The position numbers were made by a program, and so were the translations under genes. This document shows, one piece after another, positions 55,929 through 64,000 of a DNA stretch of 64,000 nt. Origin of the DNA: Bacteroidia bacterium (GTDB lineage Bacteria > Bacteroidota > Bacteroidia > NS11-12g > UBA955); the NCBI GenBank assembly GCA_044377005.1, contig JBILJV010000004.1:7698-71697 (forward strand). The letters are read 5' to 3'. The notes below the pieces were generated by a model. That model made no database searches, was not told the DNA's origin, and saw nothing but the letters and a program-made list of their open reading frames with translations. The number at the start of each line of letters is the position of its first letter. Positions within the stretch are counted from its first letter, which is position 1.

Positions 55929-57632
55929 ATGAGTAGAAATTATATCCCTGAAAGTTTTAATATTACCACTTGGGAATTGTTGTTGCCTTATTACGAAAAG
56001 GCCAAAGACTTCCCAATAAATAGTGCCGATGAATTTGATGATTTTTTGAAGTATATCAGTGAATTAGAATCTATGGTTAGTGAGGATTTGGCTTGGCGAT
56101 ACATTAAAATGACTTGCGATACCAATAATGAAGAGTTGGAAAAAAGGTATGTAGATTTTGTGAATTTAATTCAGCCACATGTTGCTCCATTTGAAGATAA
56201 AATTAATCAAAAAATACATCAATCTCCCTATAAGTCAGCTTTAGAAAAGGAGAAATCATATTTTATTTATTTTAGGTCAATAGCCAATTCTATTCAGTTG
56301 TACCGTGAGGAAAATGTGCCACTATTTGCCGAAATTCAAACGCTTTCACAAAAATATGGTTCAATAACTGGTTCTATGTCTGTTGAAATTGATGGAAAAG
56401 TATTGACTTTGCAGCAGGCTTCTAATATTTTAAAAGAACCAAATCGTGAGCGCAGACAAATGGCTTATGAAAAAATTCAAGCTGTTAGATTTAATAAAGT
56501 TGATGAATTGAATGGTTTGTATAATGAACTAATTCAATTGAGACATCTAGTTGCAAAAAATTCGGGTTTTAATGATTTTAGAGATTACATGCACCAGGCT
56601 ATGGGGCGTTTTGATTATTCGGTTCAAGATTGTTTTGATTTTCATGCAGCCATTGAACAACAAGTCGTTCCATTGTTGAAAAAGATTGAAGCTGAACGTA
56701 AAAATACTCTTGGTTATGAAACATTGCAACCATACGATTTGGCTGTAGACCCTAGTAATAGAAACGCTTTAAAGCCATTTGAAACCGGTGCTGAATTGTT
56801 AGAAAAGACCATTCAGTGTTTTACTGCAATTGATCCTGAATTTGGAGAAAACCTAAAGACAATGAAACAAAAAGGTTTTTTGGATTTAGAAAGTAGGTTA
56901 GGGAAGGCGCCCGGTGGTTATAACTACCCTTTGGCAGAAAGTGGTGTTCCTTTTATATTTATGAATGCCGCCGGAAGTTTGAGAGATGTTGAAACAATGG
57001 TTCATGAGGGAGGCCATGCAATGCATAGTTTTTTGACTGAACATTTAACTCTTAATGCGTTTAAGAATGCACCTATGGAGGTAGCTGAAGTGGCTAGTAT
57101 GTCTATGGAACTTTTAAGTATGGATACTTGGAATGCCTTTTTTGACAATGAAGGAGATTTAAAAAGAGCAAAAATTGAACAACTTGAAGGTGTTATTGCT
57201 ACTTTGCCTTGGATTGCAACCATTGATGCTTTTCAACATTGGATTTATACCCATCCACTACATACTATTGAAGACAGAGTAGAGGCATGGAAAGAAATAT
57301 CAAATCGATTTGATACAGGAGTTGCCGATTATTCCAAATACCAACTTTATCTTTCTAATAGTTGGCAAAAACAATTGCATTTATTTGAAGTGCCTTTCTA
57401 TTATATTGAATATGGTTTTGCCCAATTGGGAGCTATTGCTATTTGGCGTAATTTTAAAAAAGATAAGCTAAATGGATTAATGGGATACAAGAATTTATTA
57501 TCTAAAGGGTATACTTTGACAATTCCTGAATTATTTGAGGTAGGCGGTGTTAAGTTTGACTTTTCAAATAAGTATGTTGGAGAGTTGTTTCAATTTGTTT
57601 GGGATGAATTAGAACAATTAAAGAAAAATTAA
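55929..57632 (+). CDS. M3 family oligoendopeptidase (PepF-like)
   Basis: 567 aa with zinc motif HEGGHAMH and a downstream E in EVASMSMEL. Confidence 0.85.
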   Translation: MSRNYIPESFNITTWELLLPYYEKAKDFPINSADEFDDFLKYISELESMVSEDLAWRYIKMTCDTNNEELEKRYVDFVNLIQPHVAPFEDKINQKIHQSPYKSALEKEKSYFIYFRSIANSIQLYREENVPLFAEIQTLSQKYGSITGSMSVEIDGKVLTLQQASNILKEPNRERRQMAYEKIQAVRFNKVDELNGLYNELIQLRHLVAKNSGFNDFRDYMHQAMGRFDYSVQDCFDFHAAIEQQVVPLLKKIEAERKNTLGYETLQPYDLAVDPSNRNALKPFETGAELLEKTIQCFTAIDPEFGENLKTMKQKGFLDLESRLGKAPGGYNYPLAESGVPFIFMNAAGSLRDVETMVHEGGHAMHSFLTEHLTLNAFKNAPMEVAEVASMSMELLSMDTWNAFFDNEGDLKRAKIEQLEGVIATLPWIATIDAFQHWIYTHPLHTIEDRVEAWKEISNRFDTGVADYSKYQLYLSNSWQKQLHLFEVPFYYIEYGFAQLGAIAIWRNFKKDKLNGLMGYKNLLSKGYTLTIPELFEVGGVKFDFSNKYVGELFQFVWDELEQLKKN

Positions 57633-57645
57633 TTTTTAGAATTTT

Positions 57646-59658
57646 ATGAAGAAGATAGTAATTGTTTTAGTGGTTTTGTCGACGACTGTTGGAGGGTATT
57701 TTGCTTGGTTAAAATGGAGTCCCAATAAATTTACAGATGTATTTTATTTAATTCCTGATGACGCTGTTATGGTTGTTGAAACCCAAGACCCTATTAATAA
57801 TTGGCAAACTTTCAGTTCCTCTGAAATGTGGAGTGGTTTAAAAACTTTTCCTCCTTTTGCAGAAATTACCAGGAATGCAGATGTTTTAGATGAGGTAATT
57901 AAATCAAATCAACAAGTGTTCGGTCTGCTTGGTCAAAGGCATTTGTTGATATCTATTCACATGACGAAAGCCAAAGATTATGATTTTGTATACTATGCAG
58001 ACATGAAAGAGGCTTCTAAGTCTTCTATGATCAAAGCTTCATTGGTTAGTGTGATAAAACAATTTGGATTTTCACAAACTGTGAAAAAAGTAGGTGATAT
58101 AGAAGTTAATGAGTTTCTTGACCCACAGACAAGAGATGTTTTATCAATCTGTTTTGTAAATAACTATTTGGTTTGTTCCTACAATAAAGGCCTTATAGAA
58201 AAGGTAGTTACAACATCTCAATTACCTGCCTCTCAGTTAGGAACACAAGCGAGGTTTGACGAAATTGACAGATTAACTAGTCAGGAAGGCTTGTGTAGAG
58301 TTTTTGTTAACTATAAAACATTACATCAATATATGGGGGTGTATATGGAAGACGTAAGTGATTTAAAATCATTATTTACATCACTCCATTATACAGGGTT
58401 TGATATTAATTTAAAGGATAATTTAGTTTTAGCAGATGGATCAACGTTGGTTAATGATAGTTTAAGCTCAACCCTTCAAGCATTGTCTGTTTCTGGTAAG
58501 TCAAACAGTGAGATTGAGTCGATTTTTTCGGAAAAAACCTCGTTTTTGTTTTCATTAGGCTTTAATGATTTTAATACCTTTTATTCAAATTTTGAAAAAG
58601 TATTAAAGATAGATGCAGAGGCGTTTGCAAAACAAGATGCAGCTATAAAAAAGTTGGAGAAATTCTTAAAAATTAATATTCAAGAACAACTTTTTGATTG
58701 GATGGGAAGTGAAATTGGGATTGCACAGTATGAAACAGATGTTTTGATAGGGAATAAAGTTAAAAATGTAATGGCCATAAAAGCCAAAGATATTGCTTTA
58801 GCAACTGAACAATTAGCATTTATCGAAAAACAAATTAGAAAAAGAACGCCTTTAAAGTTTAAAGAGTTAAACTACAAAAATTATCCCATAAAGTATTTGG
58901 AAGTAAAAGGCTTATTCAAAACAATACTTGGAAATATGTTTGAAAAGATTGAAAAGCCGTATTATACTTTTTTAGGAGATTTTGTTGTTTTGAGTGACGA
59001 TCCAAAAACCTTATTAATTACTATTGATGATTTTATAGAACAAAGAACAATGTCAAATAAAGAAGATTTTAGATCATTTAGAGGGCAATTGCCCGAAAAG
59101 ATAAGTGTGCTTGCTTATGTAAGTCCAGATAGGCATTTTGGAAATTTTAAAGGATTGTTGAACAAAGAAAGTTGGGAGAGTTCCAAAAAAAATCAGAATC
59201 ACATAAGATCGTTTCAGCAAATTGGTTTATCCATCTCAGGTGATGGAGATGTAATGAGAACTGTTTTTTGTGCAGATTACAGAAAATGGGAAAAGTTAGA
59301 AGAATTGCCAATTCAACCCATAGATTCCGCCTCAATCGATTTATTTCAAGATACACTTAGTGCAATTGATTTGTTTATAGTTACCAATTTTCAAGACAAT
59401 ATGAGTAATACTTATTATGAAAGTGGTCAAGTAAAAACATCCGTTGAAATGGAAGGGATATTGATGGATGGGGCCTTCATTGAATATTATGAAAATGGCA
59501 TAGTAAAAGTAAAAGGGAGATACAAAAAAGGAGTTAAAACTGGTACTTGGAAATATTACAGTCCAAATGGAGTTATAGAAAAGCGAGACAAGCCGGGCAA
59601 TACAGAAGAAGACAATATCAGTTTTTGGGATAAAATATTAGGAAGAAATAAAGAATAA
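57646..59658 (+). CDS. membrane-anchored protein with large unknown domain and C-terminal MORN-variant (YwqK-like) repeats
   Basis: N-terminal TM helix. The C-terminus YYESGQVKTSVEMEGILMDGAFIEYYENGIVKVKGRYKKGVKTGTWKYYSPNG is a MORN-like repeat pattern. Confidence 0.45.
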   Translation: MKKIVIVLVVLSTTVGGYFAWLKWSPNKFTDVFYLIPDDAVMVVETQDPINNWQTFSSSEMWSGLKTFPPFAEITRNADVLDEVIKSNQQVFGLLGQRHLLISIHMTKAKDYDFVYYADMKEASKSSMIKASLVSVIKQFGFSQTVKKVGDIEVNEFLDPQTRDVLSICFVNNYLVCSYNKGLIEKVVTTSQLPASQLGTQARFDEIDRLTSQEGLCRVFVNYKTLHQYMGVYMEDVSDLKSLFTSLHYTGFDINLKDNLVLADGSTLVNDSLSSTLQALSVSGKSNSEIESIFSEKTSFLFSLGFNDFNTFYSNFEKVLKIDAEAFAKQDAAIKKLEKFLKINIQEQLFDWMGSEIGIAQYETDVLIGNKVKNVMAIKAKDIALATEQLAFIEKQIRKRTPLKFKELNYKNYPIKYLEVKGLFKTILGNMFEKIEKPYYTFLGDFVVLSDDPKTLLITIDDFIEQRTMSNKEDFRSFRGQLPEKISVLAYVSPDRHFGNFKGLLNKESWESSKKNQNHIRSFQQIGLSISGDGDVMRTVFCADYRKWEKLEELPIQPIDSASIDLFQDTLSAIDLFIVTNFQDNMSNTYYESGQVKTSVEMEGILMDGAFIEYYENGIVKVKGRYKKGVKTGTWKYYSPNGVIEKRDKPGNTEEDNISFWDKILGRNKE

Positions 59659-59664
59659 ATCTTT

Positions 59665-59696
59665 TTTGTAAATTAAAAGAGAACTTCTTACTTTTG
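59665..59696 (+). promoter_or_regulatory. full Bacteroidota-type promoter (TTTG -33 element, 20-nt spacer, TActTTTG -7 box) for the CAT tRNA
   Basis: TTTG at 59665-59668 and TACTTTTG at 59689-59696. The tRNA starts 40 nt downstream. Confidence 0.5.
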
Positions 59697-59735
59697 CAAT
59701 CCCATAAACAAATTGTTCATTTGTTAAATGTTTTT

Positions 59736-59809
59736 GGGCCCTTAGCTCATTCGGTTAGAGCAACTGACTCATAATCAGTGGGTGGCTGGTTCGATTCCAG
59801 CAGGGCCCA
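59736..59809 (+). tRNA. tRNA with CAT anticodon, most likely tRNA-Ile2 (lysidine-modified) rather than elongator Met
   Basis: Manual cloverleaf: acceptor GGGCCCT/AGGGCCC, D arm GCTC-ATTCGGTTA-GAGC, anticodon arm ACTGA-CTCATAA-TCAGT, T arm GCTGG-TTCGATT-CCAGC, discriminator A. It is strongly similar by eye to E. coli ileX (GGCCCCTTAGCTCAG...GACTCATAATC...GCTGGTTC.A.TCCAGCAGGGGCCA). Confidence 0.88.
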
Positions 59810-59817
59810 CTCTTTTT

Positions 59818-59844
59818 AAAAACCTCCTAGTTGGAGGTTTTTTT
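59818..59844 (+). terminator. intrinsic terminator after the CAT tRNA
   Basis: aaaAACCTCCtagttGGAGGTTttttttt is a stem extendable to 10 bp, followed by a T-run. Confidence 0.65.
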
Positions 59845-59882
59845 ATAAGATATTTATATATTCCTATTGTATTTAGTAAAAT

Positions 59883-59911
59883 TTGACAAGTACTCTTTTG
59901 GTACTTGTCAA
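59883..59911. repeat. perfect 11-bp inverted repeat TTGACAAGTAC-n7-GTACTTGTCAA
   Basis: Read directly from the sequence. There is no downstream T-run on the plus strand and only a weak T-run on the minus strand. Confidence 0.8.
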
Positions 59912-60420
59912 GACAAAATTGTAAAAAAGAATTGATAATCATAGTGCTCGTTATTATGGATCAAAAATATTTACATCAAATGCGATTGAAAGGGATAATG
60001 TTTTTGAATATTACACCCAACGTTACGCTCATGCATTAAGTAAATTAAGTAGCTAAAAAGTAAGGGTTACCTAAAGAACCTGAAGAAATTCCCTGAAATG
60101 TTTGATAAGGTTTTTTAACAATACACAATGAAATTAGATCCACCAACTTTTATAGTTCCCTCTTTTAACTCGAATATTGTGAGTTATTTTTTTTACCTAC
60201 AGCATATCTTTGATGTGTTTTTTACAATTCTATTATTTATTGGGAAATAAATAATCAATCACAAATAAATTTAATTTTTAATAATTCATTTTGTGTTTAA
60301 CAATAATTTCAAAGACAGAGTTACTAATTACTTGCAAGAAGAGAGCGAAAGCGAAAATTTATAAATTGTTAAATGTAAATTCCAAATTTAAATTTTTTTT
60401 TTTTGATCGCTTTAAAATGA

Positions 60421-60428
60421 TAGTTTTG
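60421..60428 (+). promoter_or_regulatory. -7 box TAgtTTTG upstream of the 111-aa ORF
   Basis: Exact TAnnTTTG match 16 nt before the ATG at 60444. A T12 homopolymer lies at 60393-60404. Confidence 0.4.
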
Positions 60429-60443
60429 CGTAATTAAATCTAT

Positions 60444-60779
60444 ATGAAACTAACCATAACAAGCATTGAGTTAAAGGGAGTTTTAAAGTTTTTTGTTTTG
60501 TCTAAACAAGCCTTGTTTATACTAAAACAATTGCGAAGTTCTCAATGTAGAGGGTTTAAGAAAAAAGGAATTTGGACCACACACTACACCATGACCCTAT
60601 GGAATTCGGAGCAAGAAATGAACGCTTTTGCACAAAGTGGGGCTCATTTGTCTGCAATGAAGTTAAGCCAAAGTATTGCCAAAGAGATTAAAGTATTAAC
60701 GATAGATGCCAATGAATTCCCCTCATGGAATCAGGCTATTGAATTACTAAATCATCAAGGCAAATCTTTTAAATATTGA
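60444..60779 (+). CDS. small ABM/dimeric alpha-beta-barrel-like protein (DUF3291-like)
   Basis: 111 aa. TMTLWNSEQEMNAFAQSGAHLSAM resembles the T.S.W.s...l..F...G.H...M motif of DUF3291/ABM-fold proteins. Confidence 0.4.
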   Translation: MKLTITSIELKGVLKFFVLSKQALFILKQLRSSQCRGFKKKGIWTTHYTMTLWNSEQEMNAFAQSGAHLSAMKLSQSIAKEIKVLTIDANEFPSWNQAIELLNHQGKSFKY

Positions 60780-60831
60780 TTTTACTTCGTTTTAAAATCA
60801 AATATAAAGAGTTCCTTTAATAGCATTATTT

Positions 60832-61512
60832 TTGCCAACATTGAAACCTACTAATCCTTTTAGAATACAAGATCATATTCTATATGAAGACAATCATTTG
60901 ATTGCCATTTGTAAACCTTCAGGCGTTTTGGTGCAGGGCGACCAAACAGGCGATGTGCCACTTTCAGATTTGGTAAAAGCATTTTTAAAAGAACGTGACC
61001 AAAAACCAGGTAACGTTTTTTGTGGTGTTATTCATCGAATTGACAGACCTGTAAGCGGTGTAGTTGTCCTTGCAAAAACCAGTAAAGCATTGTCTAAAAT
61101 GAATGAATTGTTTAGGGAGGATGCAATAAAGAAAACATACCGAGCATTGGTTAATGGGGTGCCAGAAATAGAACAGCAGGAGTTAAGGAGTTTTTTAAGA
61201 AAAAATGATAAAACCAAAAGGGCTGATGTGTTTAATCGTCAGGTAGAAAACAGTAAAGAAAGTGTTTTGAGTTTTAAGGTTTTGGAAAAAAAAGGGCATC
61301 AAAGTTTACTAGAAGTTTATCCAATAACAGGGCGTTTCCATCAAATCAGAGCCATGTTAGCTTCCATAAAGTTGCCTATTGTAGGAGATGTTAAATATGG
61401 TGCACCTCAGGCACTTAAAAATAAATCCATTTGTTTGCATGCATTTCAAATTGAGTTTGTTCATCCCGTTAAAAAAGTAACAATAAAAATTAGTTGTAAA
61501 GAGCCTTTCTGA
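60832..61512 (+). CDS. RluA family pseudouridine synthase
   Basis: HRIDRPVSGVVVLAKT catalytic-Asp motif and GRFHQIRA. TTG start. Confidence 0.85.
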   Translation: MPTLKPTNPFRIQDHILYEDNHLIAICKPSGVLVQGDQTGDVPLSDLVKAFLKERDQKPGNVFCGVIHRIDRPVSGVVVLAKTSKALSKMNELFREDAIKKTYRALVNGVPEIEQQELRSFLRKNDKTKRADVFNRQVENSKESVLSFKVLEKKGHQSLLEVYPITGRFHQIRAMLASIKLPIVGDVKYGAPQALKNKSICLHAFQIEFVHPVKKVTIKISCKEPF

Positions 61513-61527
61513 TTCTTAAAAACTCAC

Positions 61528-61535
61528 TACCTTTG
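61528..61535 (+). promoter_or_regulatory. -7 box TAccTTTG upstream of proline dehydrogenase
   Basis: Exact TAnnTTTG match. It overlaps the GTG start offered by the ORF track, which argues for the ATG at 61553 as the true start. Confidence 0.4.
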
Positions 61536-61552
61536 TGCCTATAATTACAGGA

Positions 61553-62713
61553 ATGCTTCCATTAGATTTTAACAATACCCAAATTGCATTTGAACATAAA
61601 TCCAATGCTGAATTAAAAAAAGCAAGATTACTTTTTCAAAGTTTTAGTTACCCTTTTATTATCAAACAAGGACCTAAAATAGCGAACTTGTTTATTGATA
61701 TATTGCCTCCCGTAAAAAGTTTAATTCGCCATACTTTGTTTTCCCAATTTTGTGGAGGAGAAAGTATTCAGGATTGTCAAAAAACAGTTCAAGAATTAAG
61801 CAAATCTAATATTGGGACGATTTTGGATTATTCCGTTGAAGGAGAGGAGTCTGAAAAGGTATTCGATGGTACGATGAACGAGGTTATCGATACCATTGAA
61901 ATGGCATCAAAATTTAGAAATGAAATTCCCTTTTCTGTATTCAAAACTACAGGTATTGGAAGAATGGAATTGTTAACAAAAGTAAATGCAAATGAGCAAC
62001 TAACTGATGTTGAAAAAGAAGAGTTTGATAGAGTTAAGTCAAGATTTGAGCGAATTTGCGATAAAGCAAATCAAAATCAAGTGCGTTTATTTGTAGATGC
62101 TGAGGATTCTTGGATTCAAGATGTAATAGATGATTTAACGTATCAAATGATGGCAAAATATAATAAAGAATCGGCCATTATTTACAACACAATTCAATGT
62201 TACAGGACTGGAAGAGTTTCACAACTTCAGTCAATATTAAATACAACAGATTATTTTTTGGGCTTTAAGTTGGTTCGTGGTGCCTACATGGAAAAGGAAC
62301 GTGAGCGTGCTTTAAAAATGGGATATATTTCTCCAATTCATGTCAATAAAGTTGAAACAGATAAGGAATACAACGATGCCTTAAAATTTTGCATAGAACA
62401 CATTGATAGAATTAGTATTTGTGCAGGGACTCACAATGAGCAAAGTTCTTTGTATTTAGCCAGTTTATTAACTGAAAAAGGACTTTCAAGCCAACATCCT
62501 AATGTTTTTTTTGCTCAATTATTAGGGATGAGTGATCATATCTCTTATAACTTAGCAAAAGGGGGTTACAGGGTTGCGAAATATGTACCTTACGGTCCTG
62601 TAAAAGCAGTATTACCTTATTTAAGCAGAAGGGCTCAAGAAAATAGTTCAGTAAAAGGACAAGCTGGTCGCGAACTCAATTTGATAAATATTGAATTGAA
62701 AAGAAGGGGGTAA
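61553..62713 (+). CDS. proline dehydrogenase
   Basis: About 386 aa with a TIM-barrel PutA-type pattern (FVDAEDSWIQD, KLVRGAYMEKER, QLLGMSD, YVPYGP...YLSRRAQEN). Confidence 0.85.
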   Translation: MLPLDFNNTQIAFEHKSNAELKKARLLFQSFSYPFIIKQGPKIANLFIDILPPVKSLIRHTLFSQFCGGESIQDCQKTVQELSKSNIGTILDYSVEGEESEKVFDGTMNEVIDTIEMASKFRNEIPFSVFKTTGIGRMELLTKVNANEQLTDVEKEEFDRVKSRFERICDKANQNQVRLFVDAEDSWIQDVIDDLTYQMMAKYNKESAIIYNTIQCYRTGRVSQLQSILNTTDYFLGFKLVRGAYMEKERERALKMGYISPIHVNKVETDKEYNDALKFCIEHIDRISICAGTHNEQSSLYLASLLTEKGLSSQHPNVFFAQLLGMSDHISYNLAKGGYRVAKYVPYGPVKAVLPYLSRRAQENSSVKGQAGRELNLINIELKRRG

Positions 62714-62727
62714 AGGGGGGGTAAAAT

Positions 62728-63702
62728 CTACCAACCTAATATCCAAGCAAATATCAATGGAGAAACAATGGTTGCATCACTTTCTACAATGAATTTAGGA
62801 GTGTGAATATCTAATTTACCCCAAGTGATTTTTTCGTTTGGTACTGCACCAGAGTAGGAACCATAACTTGTTGTTGAGTCAGAGATTTGACAGAAATAGC
62901 CCCAAAAAGGAACGTCATGCCATTCTAAATCTTGGTACATCATTGGCACCACACAAATAGGGAAATCACCGGCGATACCTCCTCCAATTTGAAAAAATCC
63001 CACACCTTTGCCTGAACTATTTTTTCTATACCAATCTGCCAGCCATACCATGTATTCAATACCACTTTTCATTGTAGACGCTTTCATTTCGTTTTTAATA
63101 ACATAACTGGCAAAAATATTCCCCATTGTGCTGTCTTCCCAACCTGGGACTACAATTGGGATGTTTTTTTCTGCTGCCGCTAACATCCAACTGTTTTTTG
63201 GGTCTATTTCGTAATATTGTTCTAAAACACCACTTAATAACATCTTATACATGTACTCATGTGGGAAATAGCGTTCACCATTGTCATCTGCTTCTTTCCA
63301 AAGTTGATGAATATGTTTTTGTAATCGTCTGAATGCTTCTTCTTCAGGAATACAAGTGTCTGTTACTCTGTTATAATGATTTTCTAGTAAATCCCACTCG
63401 TCTTGTGGACTTAAGTCGCGGTAGTTAGGAACACGTTTGTAATGACTATGAGCTACTAAATTCATAATGTCCTCTTCTAAATTTGCACCAGTACAACTAA
63501 TGATAGCAACTTTGTCTTGTCTAATCATTTCGGCCAAAGAAAGCCCAAGTTCAGCTGTACTCATGGCACCAGCTAAAGTAATCATCATTTTTCCGCCTTC
63601 ATTTAAAAAGGTTTCATATCCTTTGGCAGCATCCATTAATGCTGCTGCGTTAAAATGTCTGTAATGGTGTTCAATAAAATGTGAAACTGGTCCTTTGCTC
63701 AT
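62728..63702 (-). CDS. deoxyhypusine synthase family protein
   Basis: 324 aa. The segments HFNAAALMDA, ITLAGAMSTAELG, ISCTGANLEEDI and IGGGIAGDFPI resemble the DHS / homospermidine-synthase-like NAD-binding fold. Confidence 0.8.
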   Translation of the reverse strand: MSKGPVSHFIEHHYRHFNAAALMDAAKGYETFLNEGGKMMITLAGAMSTAELGLSLAEMIRQDKVAIISCTGANLEEDIMNLVAHSHYKRVPNYRDLSPQDEWDLLENHYNRVTDTCIPEEEAFRRLQKHIHQLWKEADDNGERYFPHEYMYKMLLSGVLEQYYEIDPKNSWMLAAAEKNIPIVVPGWEDSTMGNIFASYVIKNEMKASTMKSGIEYMVWLADWYRKNSSGKGVGFFQIGGGIAGDFPICVVPMMYQDLEWHDVPFWGYFCQISDSTTSYGSYSGAVPNEKITWGKLDIHTPKFIVESDATIVSPLIFAWILGW

Positions 63703-63732
63703 GATTGTATTTTTTTAGCGTATTTGTGGCTG

Positions 63733-63764
63733 CAAAAGTAACCATTTTTGTAATTTCATTCAAA
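63733..63764 (-). promoter_or_regulatory. full Bacteroidota-type promoter (TTTG, 20-nt spacer, TActTTTG) for the deoxyhypusine-synthase-like gene
   Basis: On the minus strand, TTTG is at 63764-63761 and TACTTTTG at 63740-63733, with the ATG at 63702. Confidence 0.5.
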
Positions 63765-63769
63765 CAAAT

Positions 63770-63777
63770 TATATTTG
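63770..63777 (+). promoter_or_regulatory. divergent -7 box TAtaTTTG firing rightwards into a >220-nt ORF-poor leader
   Basis: Exact TAnnTTTG match, back-to-back with the minus-strand promoter. Confidence 0.35.
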
Positions 63778-64000
63778 CGCCGTGTTAATGGAATAAGAAA
63801 GAGGTGCAAGAAATATTAATTTGAGAAAGAAGGGTGAAGAAAATGTTGTCTAAGTATTAATATTGAATAGGTCTACTTATGTTGATTAGAAATAAACGCC
63901 GAGGAAAATGTAAATGTATCAGGTGAATAAATGAAATACTCAAATTCTTATTTAATACTTAATTTATATTAAATTAGTATTAAAAATAACTCTTTTAACA

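Noticed and set aside
59810-60830. Integrated mobile element or genomic island at the tRNA 3-prime flank.
   Set aside because: There is no integrase, transposase or phage gene. By eye I found no direct repeat of the tRNA 3-prime end (CCAGCAGGGCCC) downstream. Only decayed-looking fragments remain, so I report it as a possible remnant rather than a mobile element.
62700-62730. G-rich direct repeat GGGGGTAAA/GGGGGGGTAAAA between proline dehydrogenase and the convergent deoxyhypusine-synthase-like gene.
   Set aside because: It is only about 20 nt long, partly consists of the last codons and stop of the upstream gene, and has no hairpin potential. It is most likely coincidental.
1-64000. Scan for CRISPR arrays, rRNA, IS elements, retron/DGR-like reverse transcriptases, toxin-antitoxin pairs and long nucleotide-level repeats.
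   Set aside because: I saw no regularly spaced direct repeats, no rRNA-like conserved blocks, no transposase, integrase or RT motifs (DDE, YxDD, R..H..R..Y), and no small two-gene cassettes typical of TA systems. This eye scan cannot exclude short or diverged elements.

Overview
AT-rich (roughly one-third G+C by eye) chromosomal window that I infer comes from a Bacteroidota genome, probably Flavobacteriia-like. The inference rests on recurrent TAnnTTTG -7 promoter boxes, little or no Shine-Dalgarno signal, and several proteins with T9SS type-A or type-B C-terminal sorting domains. The window opens with the distal end of the ribosomal-protein supercluster (rplO tail, secY, infA, rpmJ, rpsM, rpsK, rpsD, rpoA, rplQ). 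After that it is mostly densely packed housekeeping genes: purQ, pyrF, ruvA, ilvE, rdgB, queA, two skp/ompH paralogues, murI, greA, a HIT protein, an RluA-family synthase, proline dehydrogenase and a deoxyhypusine-synthase-like gene. Cell-envelope and secreted proteins are interspersed among these. There are two tRNAs: Ala-GGC, and a CAT-anticodon tRNA that looks like tRNA-Ile2. I saw no rRNA, CRISPR array, transposase, integrase or recognisable defence gene. The most unusual content is a ~9 kb three-gene operon at 39.5-48.5 kb. It encodes an oversized TonB-receptor-like barrel, a 1314-aa protein of no recognisable family with a T9SS-CTD-like tail, and a PorV/PorQ-like barrel. I propose it as an uncharacterised outer-membrane surface module. 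Secondary points are listed below.
- An MbnP/MbnH-like (copper-protein plus di-haem peroxidase) locus with two extra Cys-motif envelope proteins at 8.5-11.7 kb.
- A 983-aa three-part GT-C/TPR fusion protein.
- A 630-bp gene-free, decayed-looking stretch next to the CAT tRNA.
- Two unexplained non-coding leaders.
All family assignments come from motif recognition by eye and need HMM or BLAST confirmation.
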